NCBI RefSeq assembly: GCF_044704955.1
Contig: NC_091999.1
Coordinates: 11,594,001 to 11,658,000, forward strand
Reading direction: 5' to 3'
DNA: 64,000 bases
DNA from: Pristiophorus japonicus
Lineage: Eukaryota
This document shows positions 23,942 through 36,071 of this stretch, in pieces (position 1 is the stretch's first letter; every line of letters begins with the position of its first letter). The notes beneath the pieces were generated by a model that saw only the letters and a program-made list of their open reading frames with translations, was not told the origin of the DNA and ran no database searches. The translations under genes were made by a program, and so were the position numbers.

Positions 23942-24370
23942 CCGTTCCATTGCACAGTAATACGCAGCGGTAACTGCGCACTCCGAGTTCTCAATGAGCA
24001 ACTGGCCGCATTTGTCTGGAGTGAAAAGATCGAATTGAAATCGATTCCTCCTCTCCCTGTTAGCTGATATTCGCTTTATTACCCACTTGACTCCCTGCCT
24101 GGATTTCTGTTTGTACCACTGCATGGCGTAAATGCTGGACGTGTCATAGCTGCAGTTAATCTGCACAGAATTCCCACTCCGAACTGTTATCGCAGCCGGA
24201 GACTGCCGCACTCGGTCCGAGGTACAACGACCTGTAAAAACATTCAGTTAATAAAATACTGGAGCAACATGAATAAAAAACACTGCGGGTTATTGAGCTC
24301 AGCTGCTGTAACTACATGTTAGCAGCAGCAGAACAACGGGGAATAGATTCAATTGTACCGAATAATACAT
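23942..24370 (-). CDS. TCR alpha/delta-type V segment, family C copy 2 (apparently functional; exons 24370-24316 and 24231-23942)
   Basis: Leader MYYSVQLNLFPVVLLLLT|C with a weak donor (GTAGTT); V exon DRVRQSPAAITVRSGNSVQINCSYDTSSIYAMQWYKQ..ENSECAVTAAYYCAMER is open. Confidence 0.85.
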
Positions 24371-25649
24371 CCTGGCAATTACAAAGTCTCGCAGAAAGCG
24401 GCACAAAGCTCGCATCAGAAGACCGCAAACCGGCTGAACACCTTGAGCAGGCGGCTGATTAAAGTCACCACCGCCAAGTAAAAAGCTTCAGTCACGTGAG
24501 TTCGCTGCTCTTGGATTGGCTGGAAATGGACATTGTTCACGCGCGGTTCGCATCCGGACATGTCAGTGATCCAATGACTATCAAGTTTCTCTCCTCCTTA
24601 TGGAAGGAAGTGAGGTGAACGCCATCGCTTTCTCATAGTCACTCTGTGAAGGTACATTCCTGGCGCTGGGTGTTTGGAACCAAGTCAATCTCTAGGTAAC
24701 ACTTTCCATATATAATGGATGGAGTCTGTGGGTCTGTACCTCACAGATCAGTCAACACATTCAGCACGCTCTGGTTAACCCTTTCCTTACAGAATGTATG
24801 GAAGCTCTGGAACTGCACCCACAGCAGTAACAGCAGATATCCAGCCTTTCTTTATAGAGGAGACAGTAGCAATGCGGCTTCTCAGAATCTGGGTTGTGTG
24901 GGGGGCATTTCTGACAATCCAAGCTGGCTGCCGTCTATGTGCTTATAGAAGAATGGTTCCATATTTAGAGTCCGGAGCGGGAATGAAACCCATATCTAGG
25001 TTCTCTAACCCGGAGGCACAGGATTATTAAAGAGTTTAGTTTACATAAGAATATACGAATTAATAGCAAGATTATGCCATACGGCTAGTTGAGCCTTCTA
25101 CGCCATTAGTAAGATCATAGCTGATCTTCGAATTCAACTCCACTTTCCTACCTGCCCCCGCATCCCTTGATTCACCTCAAGTCTAAAACTCGATCAATCT
25201 CAGCATTGAATATACTCAACGACTCAGCTTCCACAAGCTTTTGGTGTAGGGAATTCTCAAGATTCAATTACCTCCAAGTGAAGAAATTCCTCCTCATCCC
25301 GGTATTAAATGGCCGACCCCTTGTCCTGATATGATGCCCTCTTGTTCTGGACGCTTCAGCAAGGGGAGACAACCTCTCAGCACCTACCCTGTCAATCCCC
25401 TTCAGAATCGTATATGTTTCAATGAGATCACCTCTCATTCTTTTAAACTCCAGAATTTGTAGATTTATTTCGGGTCATTTAATTCTCTATAATTCTGTTG
25501 GTTTTACTGGAGTTTGTTGTTAACCGTGACTCCAGTGAACTTTCACTCACGGATCAGTTCAGTGGTGAACGAACAATGATACCGAATTTTATGCAAGTGA
25601 TTTATTGATCCCTGATATTAGAACGATGACATTTGCTGTTACTGAACAA

Positions 25650-26092
25650 ATAACAACAGCTTGTATCTATATAGCGCGCTTAACGTAGTAAAACATCTTA
25701 AGACGCTTCACATGAGTATTGTGAGATAAATCATTTGACGCCGAGCCTCATAAGGAGAGATTAGGGCAGGTGACCAAAAGCTTCGTCAAAGAGGACGGTA
25801 TTAAGGAGCGTTTTGAAGGAGAGTTAGAGAGTGAGTCGGTTTAGGCAGGGAATTAGGGAGCTTAGGGCCGAGGCAGCAGAAGGCACGGCCACCGATGGTT
25901 GAATGATTATAATCAGGGATATTCAAGGGGGCAGAATTAGAGGAGCGCAGACATCTCGGTGGGTTGTGGGGCTGGACAAGATTACAGAGATAGGGAGAGG
26001 CGAGGACATGGAGGGATTTGTAAACAGAGATGAGAATTTTGACATCGAGGTGTTGCTTAACCGGGACCCAATATAGGTCAGCGAGCACAGGA
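25650..26092 (-). mobile_element. L2-clade LINE 3' fragment
   Basis: LYWVPVKQHLDVKILISVYKSLHVLASPYL..PPRCLRSS..GGRAFCCLGPKLPNSLP matches the typical L2 ORF2 C-terminal pattern (LHWLP..KIL..APxYL..RxLRS..GxRAF..LWNxLP). Confidence 0.8.
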
Positions 26093-26335
26093 CAACAGAA
26101 CAGACATAAAGAATCCACTCTCCCATTATATGAAACATTTATTCGAGCAGTGGTCACTACCCTGGTTTGCATTAAAATGTTTAAATTCCATCTGGAAAAT
26201 TCTGACATGCTTTCTACCTGTAATGAATTATTTAATAGTCCATAATTTTCAGATGTTTGATTTGCAATGAGAGATAATCCAGGAAACAGCCCACTGGTGC
26301 TTTTCAGGAATTTACCACTCGTCAAATAAAGCGAG

Positions 26336-29300
26336 TGAACCGGTTCAGAGCCCCAAGGTGAGGTGTAGGGCGGGTTCAGAGCCCAAGAGTGAGGTGTTGG
26401 GCGGGGGGGGGGGGGGGGAGATGGGGTGCTCTGAGCCCACAGGGTGAAGTGTAGGAGGGAGTGTTTGGAGCCCACTGGGTGAGGTGAAGCGGCGTTCAGA
26501 GCTCCAGTGTGATGGGTAGGGGGGTTCAGAGATCCAGGGTGAGGTGTATGGCGGGTTCAGAGCCCACAGGCTGAACTGTGGGTGTGGGGCGTTTCAGAGC
26601 CGACAGGGTTAGGTGTAGGCGGGTTCAGAGCCCAAGGGTGAGGTGTAGGCGGCTCCACAGCCGCAGGGTCAGGTGTAGGGGGGTTCAGAGCCCACAGGTC
26701 AATGTGTACGCGGGAGGGCTCGGGGCCCACAGGGTCAGGTGCATGGCGGGTTGAGAGCTCACTGGGTCAGGTGTAGGGCGGGTTCAGAGCCCCAGGGTGA
26801 GGTCTAGGGGGGGCTCAGAATCCACAGGGTCAGGTGTAGGGCGGGTTCAGAATCCCCAGGTTCAGGTGTATGGCGGGTTCAGAGCTCGAGGGTGAGGTGC
26901 AGCTGGCTTCAGAGCCCACATGGTGAGCTGAAGGGGGGTCCAGAGCCCGCAGGGTCAGGTGTAGAGGGGTTGAGATCCCACAGGGTCAGGTGTATGCAGG
27001 TGCAGAGCCGACAGAGTGAGACGTAGGCGGGTTCAGAGCCCTAGCTCAGGTGTAGGGGGGTTCAGTGCCTACCGCGTCAGGTGTAGGGTGGGTTCAGAGC
27101 TCCGGGGTGAGGTGTAGGTCGGTACAGATCCCACAGGGTCAGGTGCAGTGTGCGTTCAGAGCCCCAGGGTGAGGTGCGGGGGGGTTCAGTGCCGATAGGG
27201 CAGGGGAAGGGCTGGTTATGAGCTCCTGGATGATGTGTAGGTGGCTTCGAAGCCCACAGGGTCAGGTGCATGGTGGGTTCAGAGCCACAGGGTGAGGTGT
27301 ATGGGAGTTCAGAGCCCCGGGGTGAGGTATAGGGGTGTTCGCAGCCCTCAGGGTCAGGTGTAGGGCGGGTTCAGAGCCCACAGTGTGAGGTATAGGGGGG
27401 GTTCAGAGCTCCAGGATGAGATATACGGGGTTCAGAACCCACACGTTCAGGTGTAGAGATGTTCAGAGGCCCAGGATGAGATGTAGGGTGGTTCAGAGCC
27501 GACAGCGTCAGTTGTAGGGTGGAGGGTTCATAGCCTCAGGCTGAGGTGTAGGGGGTTCAAAAACCGTGTCATGTGTAGGGGGCGTGTTCAGAGCCCACAG
27601 GGTCAGGTGTAGGTGTGAGCGTTCGAAGCGCACAGGGTCAGGTGTAGGGCGGGTTCAGACCCCAGGGTCAGGTGTAGGGCGGGTTCAGAACCCCAGGTTC
27701 AGGTGTAGGGCGGGTTCAGAGCCCGAAGGTGAGGTGCAGCTGGCTTCAGAGCCCACAGGGTGAGCTGAAGGGGGGTCCAGAGCCCGCAGGGTCAGGTGTA
27801 GAGGGGTTGAGATCCCACAGGGTCAGGTGTATGCAGGTGCAGAGCCGACAGAGTGAGACGTAGGCGGGTTCAGAGCCCTAGCTCAGGTGTAGGGGGGTTC
27901 AGTGCCTACCGCGTCAGGTGTAGGGTGGGTTCAGAGCTCCGGGGTGAGGTGTAGGTGGGTACAGATCCCACAGGGTCAGGTGCAGTGTGGGTTCAGAGCC
28001 CCAGGGTGAGGTGCGGGGCGGTTCAGTGCCGATATGGCAGGGGAAGGGCTGGTTATGAGCTCCGGGATGAGGTGTAGGTGGCTTCGGAGCCCACAGGGTC
28101 AGGTTCATGGTGGGTTCAGAGCCACAGGGTGAGGTGTATGGAGTTCAGAGCCCCGGGGTGAGGTATAGGGGTGTTCACAGCCCTGAGGGTCAGGTGTAGG
28201 GCGGGTTCAGAGCCCACAGTGTGAGGTATAGGGGGGGTTCAGAGCTCCAGGATGAGATATACGGGGTTCAGAACCCACACGTTCAGGTGTAGAGATGTTC
28301 AGAGGCCCAGGATGAGATGTAGGGTCGTTCAGAGCCGACAGCGTCAGTTGTAGGGTGGAGGGTTCATAGCCTCAGGCTGAGGTGTAGGGGGTTCAGAAAC
28401 CGTGTCATGTGTAGGGGATGTGTTCAGAGCCCACAGGGTCAGGTGTAGGGGTGAGCGTTCGAAGCGCACGGGGTCAGGTGTCGGGCGGGTTCAGAGCCCC
28501 AGGGTCAGGTGTAGGGCGGGTTCAGAGGCCCAGTATGAGATGTACGGCGGTTCAGAGCCTCCAGCGTCAGGTGTAGGGTGGAGGGTTCGTAGCCCCAGGG
28601 TGAGGTGTAGGCAGCGGGTTCAGAGCCCCAGGGTGAGGTGTAGATGGGTTCAGAGGCCCGTTTCAAGTATAGGGGCGGGTTCAGAGCCAACATAGTCAGG
28701 TGTAGCTGGGAGCGTTCAAAGCCCACGGGGTCAGATGAAGGGCTGGTTCAGAGCCCATAGTTTCAGGTGTAGGGCGGGTTTAGAGCCGCAGGGTCAGGTA
28801 TAGGGCGGGTTCAGAGCCCACAGGATCAGGTGTAGGGGGTTTCAGCGCCCCAGAGGCAGGTGAAGGGCGGGTTCAGTGTCTCAGTGTCAGGTGTAGGGAT
28901 AGGTTCAGAGCCCCACGGTGAGGTGTAGGGGGTTCGAGCCCACATTGTGAGGGGTAGTGGGGTTCAGAGCCCCAGGATGCGATGTAGGGGGGGTTCAGAA
29001 TCCCAGGATGAGATGTAGGGGCGTTCAGAGCCCTAGGATGAGGTATACGGGTTTCAGAGCACCATCGGGTCATGTGTAGGGGGGAGGGTTGGGAGCCCAC
29101 AGCAGTCAGGGGCACGGTGGGTTCAGAGCACCAGGGTGGTGTGTAGCGGGGTTCTGAGCCACAGGATCAAGTGTTGGGGGCGTGTTCAGAGCGTACAGTG
29201 TGAGGTGTTGGGCGGGCTCAGAGCCCCAGGGTCAGGTGTAGGGCGGCTTCAAAGCCCCAGGATAAGATGTAAGGGGGGTTCAGAGCCCACAGGGCGAGCT

Positions 29301-32300
29301 GTAGGGGTTCAGAGCTCATAGGGCAGGTGTAGGACGTGTTCAGAGCTCCGGGGTGAGGTGTAGGTGGCTTCGGAGCCCGCAGGGTCGTGCATGGCGTGTT
29401 CAGTGCCAAAGGTTGAGGTTTATGGGGGTTCAGAGCCCCGGGGTGAGGTGTAGAGGGGTTCGCATCCCTGAGGGTCAGGTGTAGGGCGGTTTCAGAGCCC
29501 ACATTGTGAGGTTTAGTGGGTTTTAGAGCTCCAGGATGAGATGTAGGGGGATCAGACCCCACACGGTCAGGTGTAGAGTTGTTCAAACGTCCAGGATGAG
29601 ATATAGGGCTGTTCAGAGCCTACAGGGTCAGGTGTAGGGTGGAGGGTTCATAGCACAAAAGGTCGGGTGCACGGTGGGTTCAGAGCCCCAGGGTGAGGTG
29701 TAGGCAGCGGGTTCAGAGACCCAGGGTGAGGTGTAGGGAGTTCAGAGGCCCGTTTCAACTGTAGGGGGCGTTTTCAGAGCCCACAGGGTCAGGTGCAGCG
29801 GGGAGCGTTCGAAGCCCACGGGGACAATTGTAGGGCGGGTTCAGAGCCCACAGGGTCAGGTATAGGGGGGTTCAGTGCCCCAGAGGCAGGAGTAGGGCGG
29901 GTTCAGTGTCCCAGGGTCAGGTGTAGGGGGGTTCAGTGCCCCAAAGGCAGGAGTAGAGCGGGCTCAGTGTCCCAGGGTCTGGTGTAGGGCTGGTTCAGAG
30001 CCCACAGAGTCAGTTGTAGGGCGCGTTCAGTGCCTCACGGTGAGGTGTACGGGTTTCAGAGCACCATCGGGTCAAGTGTAGGGGGGAGGCTTGGGAGCCC
30101 ATAGCATTCAGGTGCACGGTGGGTTCAGAGCACCAGTGTGAGTTGTAGCGGGGGTTCAGAGCCACAGGATCAAGTGTAGGGTGCGGGTTCAGAGCCCACA
30201 GGATCAGCTGTAGGGCGGGTTCAGAGCCCACAGTGTGAGCTGTATGGGCGGTTCCTGAGCCCACAGGGTCAGGTGTAGAGGGGTTGAGATCCCACAGGGT
30301 CAGGTGTATGCAGGTGCAGAGCCTAGAGAGTGAGGCGTAGGTGGGTTCAAAGCCCCAGCTCAGATGCAGGGGGGGTTCAGAGCCCACAGAGTCAGATGTA
30401 GGGGGGTTCAGTGCCCCCAGCGTCAGGTGTAGGGCTGGTTCAGAGCTCCGGGGTGAGGCGTAGTTGGGTTCAGATCCATCAGGGTCAGTTGTAGTTTGGC
30501 TTCAGAGTCCCAGGGTGAGGTGCGGAGGGGATCAGAGCCCATAGGGTCAGGTGTAGGGCATGTTCAGAGCTCCGGGGTGAGGTGTAGTTGGCTTCAGAGC
30601 CCACAGGGTCAGGTGCATTGCGGGTTCAGAGCCCCAGGGTGAGGTGTATTAGGGTTCAGAGACCCGGGGTGAGGTGTAGGGGGGTTCGCAGCCCTGAGGG
30701 GCAGATGTAGGGCGGGTTCAGAAGCCACAGTGTGAGGTGTAGGGGGGTGCTGAGCCCCAGGATGAGATGCAAGGGATTCAGAGCCCACACGGTCAGGTGT
30801 AGAGTGGTTCAGAGGCCCAGGATGAGATGTATGGGGTTAAGAGCCCACACGGTCAGGTGTAGAGTGGTTCAGAAGCCCAGGATGAGATGTAGGGCTGTTC
30901 AGAGCGTACAGGGTCAGGTGTAGGGCGGGTAAAGTGCCCCAGGGTCAGGTGTAGGGCGTGTTCAGAGTCCCACTGTGAGGTGTAGGGGGTTCGAGCCCAC
31001 ATTGTGAGGTGTAGTGGGGTTCAGAGCCCCAGGGTGAGGTGTATTGGGGTTCAGAGGCCCAGGATGAGATGTAGGGCGGTTCCGAGCCTACAGGGTCAGG
31101 TATAGGGTGGAGGGTTCATAGCCCACAGGGTCAAGTGCACGGTGGATTCAGAGCCCCAGGGTGAGGTGTAGGCTGGCGGGTTCAGAGCCACAGGGTGAGG
31201 TGTAGTGGGGTTCAGAGGCCCGTGTTAAGTGGAGGGGGCGGGTTCAAAGCCCACAGGGTAAGGTGTAAGGGGGAGCGTTCGAAGAACATGGGGGCAGGTG
31301 TAGTGCTGGTTCAGAGCCCACAGGGTCAGGTGTACGGGGGCTCAGCACCCCAGAGGAAATGTTTAGGGCGGGTTCAGTGCCCCAGGGTCAGGTGTAGTGC
31401 GGGTTCAGAGTCCCACTGTGAGGTGTAGGGGGTTCTAGCCCACATTGTGAGGTGTAGTTGGGTTCAGAGCCCCAGGATGACATGTAGAGGGGTTCAGAGC
31501 CCCTGGATGAGGTGTAGGGGTTTCAGAGCACCATCGGGTCATGTGTAGGGGGGGAGGGTATGGAGCCCACAGCAGTCACGTGCACAGCAGTCACCAGGGT
31601 AAGGTGTAGGGGGGGTTCAGAGCCACAGGATCAAATGTAGAGGGCGAGTTCAGAGCCCACAGGGTCAGCTGTAGTGCGGGTTCAGAGCCCCAGGATAAGC
31701 TGTAGGGGGGTTCAGAGCCCACAGGGTCAGCTGTAATGCGGTTTCTGAGCCCCAGCGTCAGGTGTAGGGCGGCTTTAAAGCCCCAGGATAAGATGTAGGG
31801 GGGTTCAGAGCCCACACGGTTAGGTGCAGCTGGGTTTAGAGCCCACAGGTTGAGGTGTAGCGGGGAGAGTTCTGAACCAATAGGGTGATGTGTCGGGCGG
31901 GTTCAGGGCCCCAGGGTGAGGTGTAGGGCGGGATCAGAGCCCCAGTGTGTAGTGTTGGGTGATTCGGAGCCAACAAGATCAGTTGGAGGGGTATTCGGAG
32001 CCCACAGGTTCAGGTGTAGGCGGGAGGGTTTGGAGCCCACATGGTCAGGTGTAGGTCGGGTTCATAGCCCACAGTGGGAGGTGTAGGGGTGTTCAGAGCT
32101 CGGGGGTGAGGTGTAGATCGGGTTCAGAGGCCCAGGATAAATGTAGGGGGGTTCGGAGCCCACAGGGTGAGCTGCAGGGGGTCCAGAGCCCCAGGATGTG
32201 ATATATGGTGCTCAGAGCCCCAGGATGAGGTGTAGGGGATTCAGAGCCAACATGGTCAGGTGTAGGGCGCGTTCAGAGTCTGAGGGTGAGGGGTAGGGAG

Positions 32301-32720
32301 GTTCAGAGCCCACAAGGTCAGGTGTTGGGGGTTTCAGAGCCACAGGGTCAGGTGTACGGCGGGTTCAGAGCACCAGGGTCAGGTGTGGGTCGGGTTCAGA
32401 GCCCCAGAGTCAGGTGTAGGGCGGGTTCAGAGCCCCAGGATAAGATGTAGGGGGTTCGGAGCCCAAAGGGTGAGGTGTAGGGAGAAGGTTTCGGAGCCCA
32501 CAGGGTGAGGTGTAGCGGGGAGGATTCGGAGCCCACAGGGTGAGGTGTTGCGGGGGGGCGTTCAGAGCCCACAGGGTAAGGTGTAGGGGGGAGGGTTCGG
32601 AGCCACAAGGTTAGACGTAGAGCAGTTCCGAGCCCCAGTCTGAGGTATACGGCGGGTTCAAGTCCGAGGGTGAGCTGCAGGGCGGGTTCATGCCCTTGGG
32701 TGAAGTGTCGGCCGGGTCCT
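26336..32720 (+). repeat. 6.4-kb G-rich satellite, ~30-33-bp monomer GGGTCAGGTGTAGGGCGGGTTCAGAGCCCACA, with higher-order repeats
   Basis: Continuous monomers with strong G skew on the + strand; near-identical blocks offset by ~837 bp (26822 vs 27660). Confidence 0.95.
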
Positions 32721-33151
32721 CGTTAACAAGAGCCCAGCACCAGCAGAGCCTGAAAGACTGTCCCTGCAGCTTTTTGCAAAGGATGGGGCACAGAAAACGA
32801 AACAAAATACAGGCAGTCGCGGTTTGTCTTTCTCCCCATTAACCTCGATCTCCACCATCGGTACAGTTAATGGATTCAGAAATCAGATCTCACGGTCTGT
32901 TCTTCATTTACATTTTAATATTCCTTCCCCCAACTTCCACACACTTCCACTTACTTGTCCTGTCCAATCGTTAGTAACAGAAGCAATTCTTCGATATGAT
33001 GCATGCATTTTTATCATGATAATTGCCAGATGTACCGACCCAGCCCATTATAAATTTCAAATATAAATCTTCAACTCATTCCAAAATGTTGGTGCAACAG
33101 CATTTAACTCATTGCACGGAGACTGAGTCAAAGAAGGAATCTTGGGATCTG

Positions 33152-33165
33152 ACGCCCTCTGGTGG
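33152..33165 (-). promoter_or_regulatory. CTCF-like motif CCACCAGAGGGCGT
   Basis: Near-consensus CTCF core between the satellite and the start of unit 3. Confidence 0.55.
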
Positions 33166-33787
33166 ATATTCTGAAAACTGTACAGTTGTCGGTGGACTGG
33201 GTGTTAGAATATCTGTATATTCACTGGGCTGATGCCGTTCCTGATTATGGGAAGCTGGGTTGGAACAGTTCGGAATTAATATGCCGAGCAGCAGCAAAGC
33301 TTTACATCATTGGAAACAGTTTGGAATAAAAAAAGTCAGAAGGTAATGGGTAAGGAGTGGAGACAGGTACGGAATGGACATAATCCCCATGCAGTTCTCT
33401 GCTGTAAAATGTTTTCACTGCTTTCGCTGCTGCCCATTCTGACGTTGTGAATTGCAGAACAAACGATCTGTGAGCTGATTGGATGAATTGGAGAACAAAG
33501 CGCAGTGAGCAGATTGGTTGACTTGGGGATCAAAGGGCTGTCGGATGATTGGATGAATTGGAGAATAAAGGAGCTGAAGTCTGATTGGCTGAAATGGAGA
33601 ACAATGGAACTGTGAACTGACTGGATGATTGGATAGCAGAGGACACGTGAGTTGATTGTATATCACCTGCTGTCTCTGTCATGAACGATCCAATCATCAA
33701 AGAGGCCGGATATCAATGAACATCTCCCCACTCTTAACGAAAAACATTTTCAGGTTCCACCGGCTGTGCTACAATCCGCCATAACAC

Positions 33788-34809
33788 ACGTTATATGTTA
33801 CTTTTCATTTGTTCATCATAGCTGCAGCTCTCTTAACTGGTAAGTTCACACATTGCACAACACAGCGTTGCACATCTGCATCATACATTATAATTAATCG
33901 GCCGCTACCCTGAAAATAAATATATTAATAGATTGATTCAAGTGAAGACCATCAGGATGCAACTTGACTCAACACTGAACAGTGTTTGGGGAAACTCTCC
34001 AAAATCTCCCAGTGAGTGAAACCGGTTGAGTTCAGATGAGATTGCATGTGAAACATAAACATAGAAACATAGAAAATAGGTGTCATTCGGCCCTTCGAGC
34101 CTGCACCGCCATTCAATGAGTTCATGGCTAAACATGGAACTTCAGTACCCCATTATGCTTTCTCGCCATACCCCTTGATCCCTAGACAAAAAGACACGCC
34201 ACGCCCGCCGGTACAAATGACCGACTTTGACTGTCACAAAAGTGTTAAAACCACAGACCGTTTGGTGTTTTCGCTTCACATCACAAGAGGTGAAGGTGAG
34301 GAATTGATCCCGCTAACGGTTCATTAAAGGAGGTTTTATTCATTCGATCCAAGCACCTCCCCTTGCAGCCTTCTCAGTTAAGTGTTGGGAGTGACGGGGT
34401 AATTCTTGGGTATGAGACAGTGAATTGATATTGTTTAATTTCATATCGCTCTGGGCTCTTGCAGGACATTGTCGAGGAGACTACATTTCACAGACACCGG
34501 ATGTAACCACAGTAAGTGAAGGAGACGATGTCCAGTTGCATTTAATTTTACAGTTACAAGCACCAGCGTACTTTATCTATTGTGGTACCGTCAGTATCCC
34601 GGCGGATCCATAGAATATCTGCTGCAGCGAAACAAATACAGCGAGCAAAAGGAGAGATTTCCAGGGAACCATTTTTCAGCGAAGCTCAATGATTTTAACC
34701 GAACCGTCCCGCTGAATGTGTCTGAGACACAACTGACAGACTCCGCGGTGTATTACTGCGCACTGAGACCCACAGAGACACAGAGCTGGGTCGGACCTGT
34801 ACATCAACT
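33788..34809 (+). pseudogene. V segment family B copy 3 (pseudogene) with RSS
   Basis: Start ATG>ACG (33788); V exon from 34465 with a 1-nt deletion in the Cys23 codon. RSS CACAGAG(34771)-23-ACATCAACT. Confidence 0.92.
34053..34183 (-). mobile_element. Short CR1/HER1-type 3' tail insertion in the B3 intron
   Basis: ACATAGAAACATAGAAAATAGG..ATTCAATGAGTTCATGG is the reverse complement of the CR1 tail; absent from the B1, B2 and B4 introns. Confidence 0.85.
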
Positions 34810-36071
34810 GTCAGAGCGTCGCTCAACATATCAGCGCGTCAGGGGAACATTGTGATCGGGGGAATACCTGAGCTCGTCCCTGTATTTATGGTCGGATATT
34901 TTATTGCTAATTCTCGTACGTATTTACCTTTACTCACTAAATTATATCTTGCTGGCACACAAGTGAAAGGGGAGGAAAGAAAGCACGAAGAAAGAAATTG
35001 CATTTATTCAGCGTCTTTCACGAACTCGGGACGTCACAAAGCCTTTTACTATGATAGCACTACGTTTTCGAAATGTCATCACTGTTGTAATATAGGAAAG
35101 GTGGCAGCCAATCTGCGCATAGCATGATCACACAACGAGCAATATTGTTTTTTACCATTGTCTGTTATTAGTGATGATGATTGGCGTTAAATATTGGCCA
35201 GGACAGCGGGGGTACCCCTCTGCTCTTTTTCTATGTCGTGACATTGTGATATTTTGCAAATACCTGAGAGTGAAGACAGGATTAACGGCCCATGCGAAAG
35301 ATTCCATCTTCAATAATTCAGCATTCCTTGTCTACTCCACTGAAGTATCAGCCTTGATTATGCGCTCAGGTCTCTGGACTGACATGTGAACCCTCAACAG
35401 CTGACACCAAATACTTGCAGATTCGACCTTGTTCTATTCACTCTATCGCGTAATTACCTTTATTAATAATAAATATTATGTATGTACACAAATGCTGATC
35501 GATGAGTGAAATGAAATTATAGAGGGAACCTGGCTGATAACTGGCAGGCAGATGTACAAGGGCCTCTATTGGCCCCGGTTTCTGTCACTGAGCAAGGGGA
35601 CCAATTTGAATCAGGGTTACCGCAATGCAGCAACAGACACAAAGGAATCACTGGAGTTGGGAAATGCAGGAGGATATTTTTAGTGTCAACATAAATGTTA
35701 CAGCAGAATGTACCTAATGCTCTCGATGGGTCATCAGACACCGGCATAAAATAAACCAACACTCAGGAAAGTTATTGACTCGGGCCTGGTGAATATAATC
35801 CCACAATTAAGCAATGCTAAAGCTTTCCTTACACCAAAGTCTGCACTCACTGAGGGACTGGCTCCACATGCAAATACTTTATGCTGTGAATGCCAATATC
35901 TCTGATCAAACCCGCTATCAACTGGAAACTATGAGACAAGCCGTGTGGGAACAATGCCTGCGGCAGCCCCGCCCTCAGCTTCTGTTTGCTGCTCTCGCTC
36001 TGACCCGGTTTACCTGCGCTGTGCTATTGAGGAGATTGCTGCAGCTGTTACGGGACTCTAAATAGGATGGC

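Noticed and set aside
26336-32720. CRISPR array or protein-coding repeat ORFs (many ORF-track hits such as RVQSPRVRC)
   Set aside because: The monomers are contiguous and degenerate with no unique spacers, there are no cas genes, the context is vertebrate, and the ORFs are short translations of the satellite.
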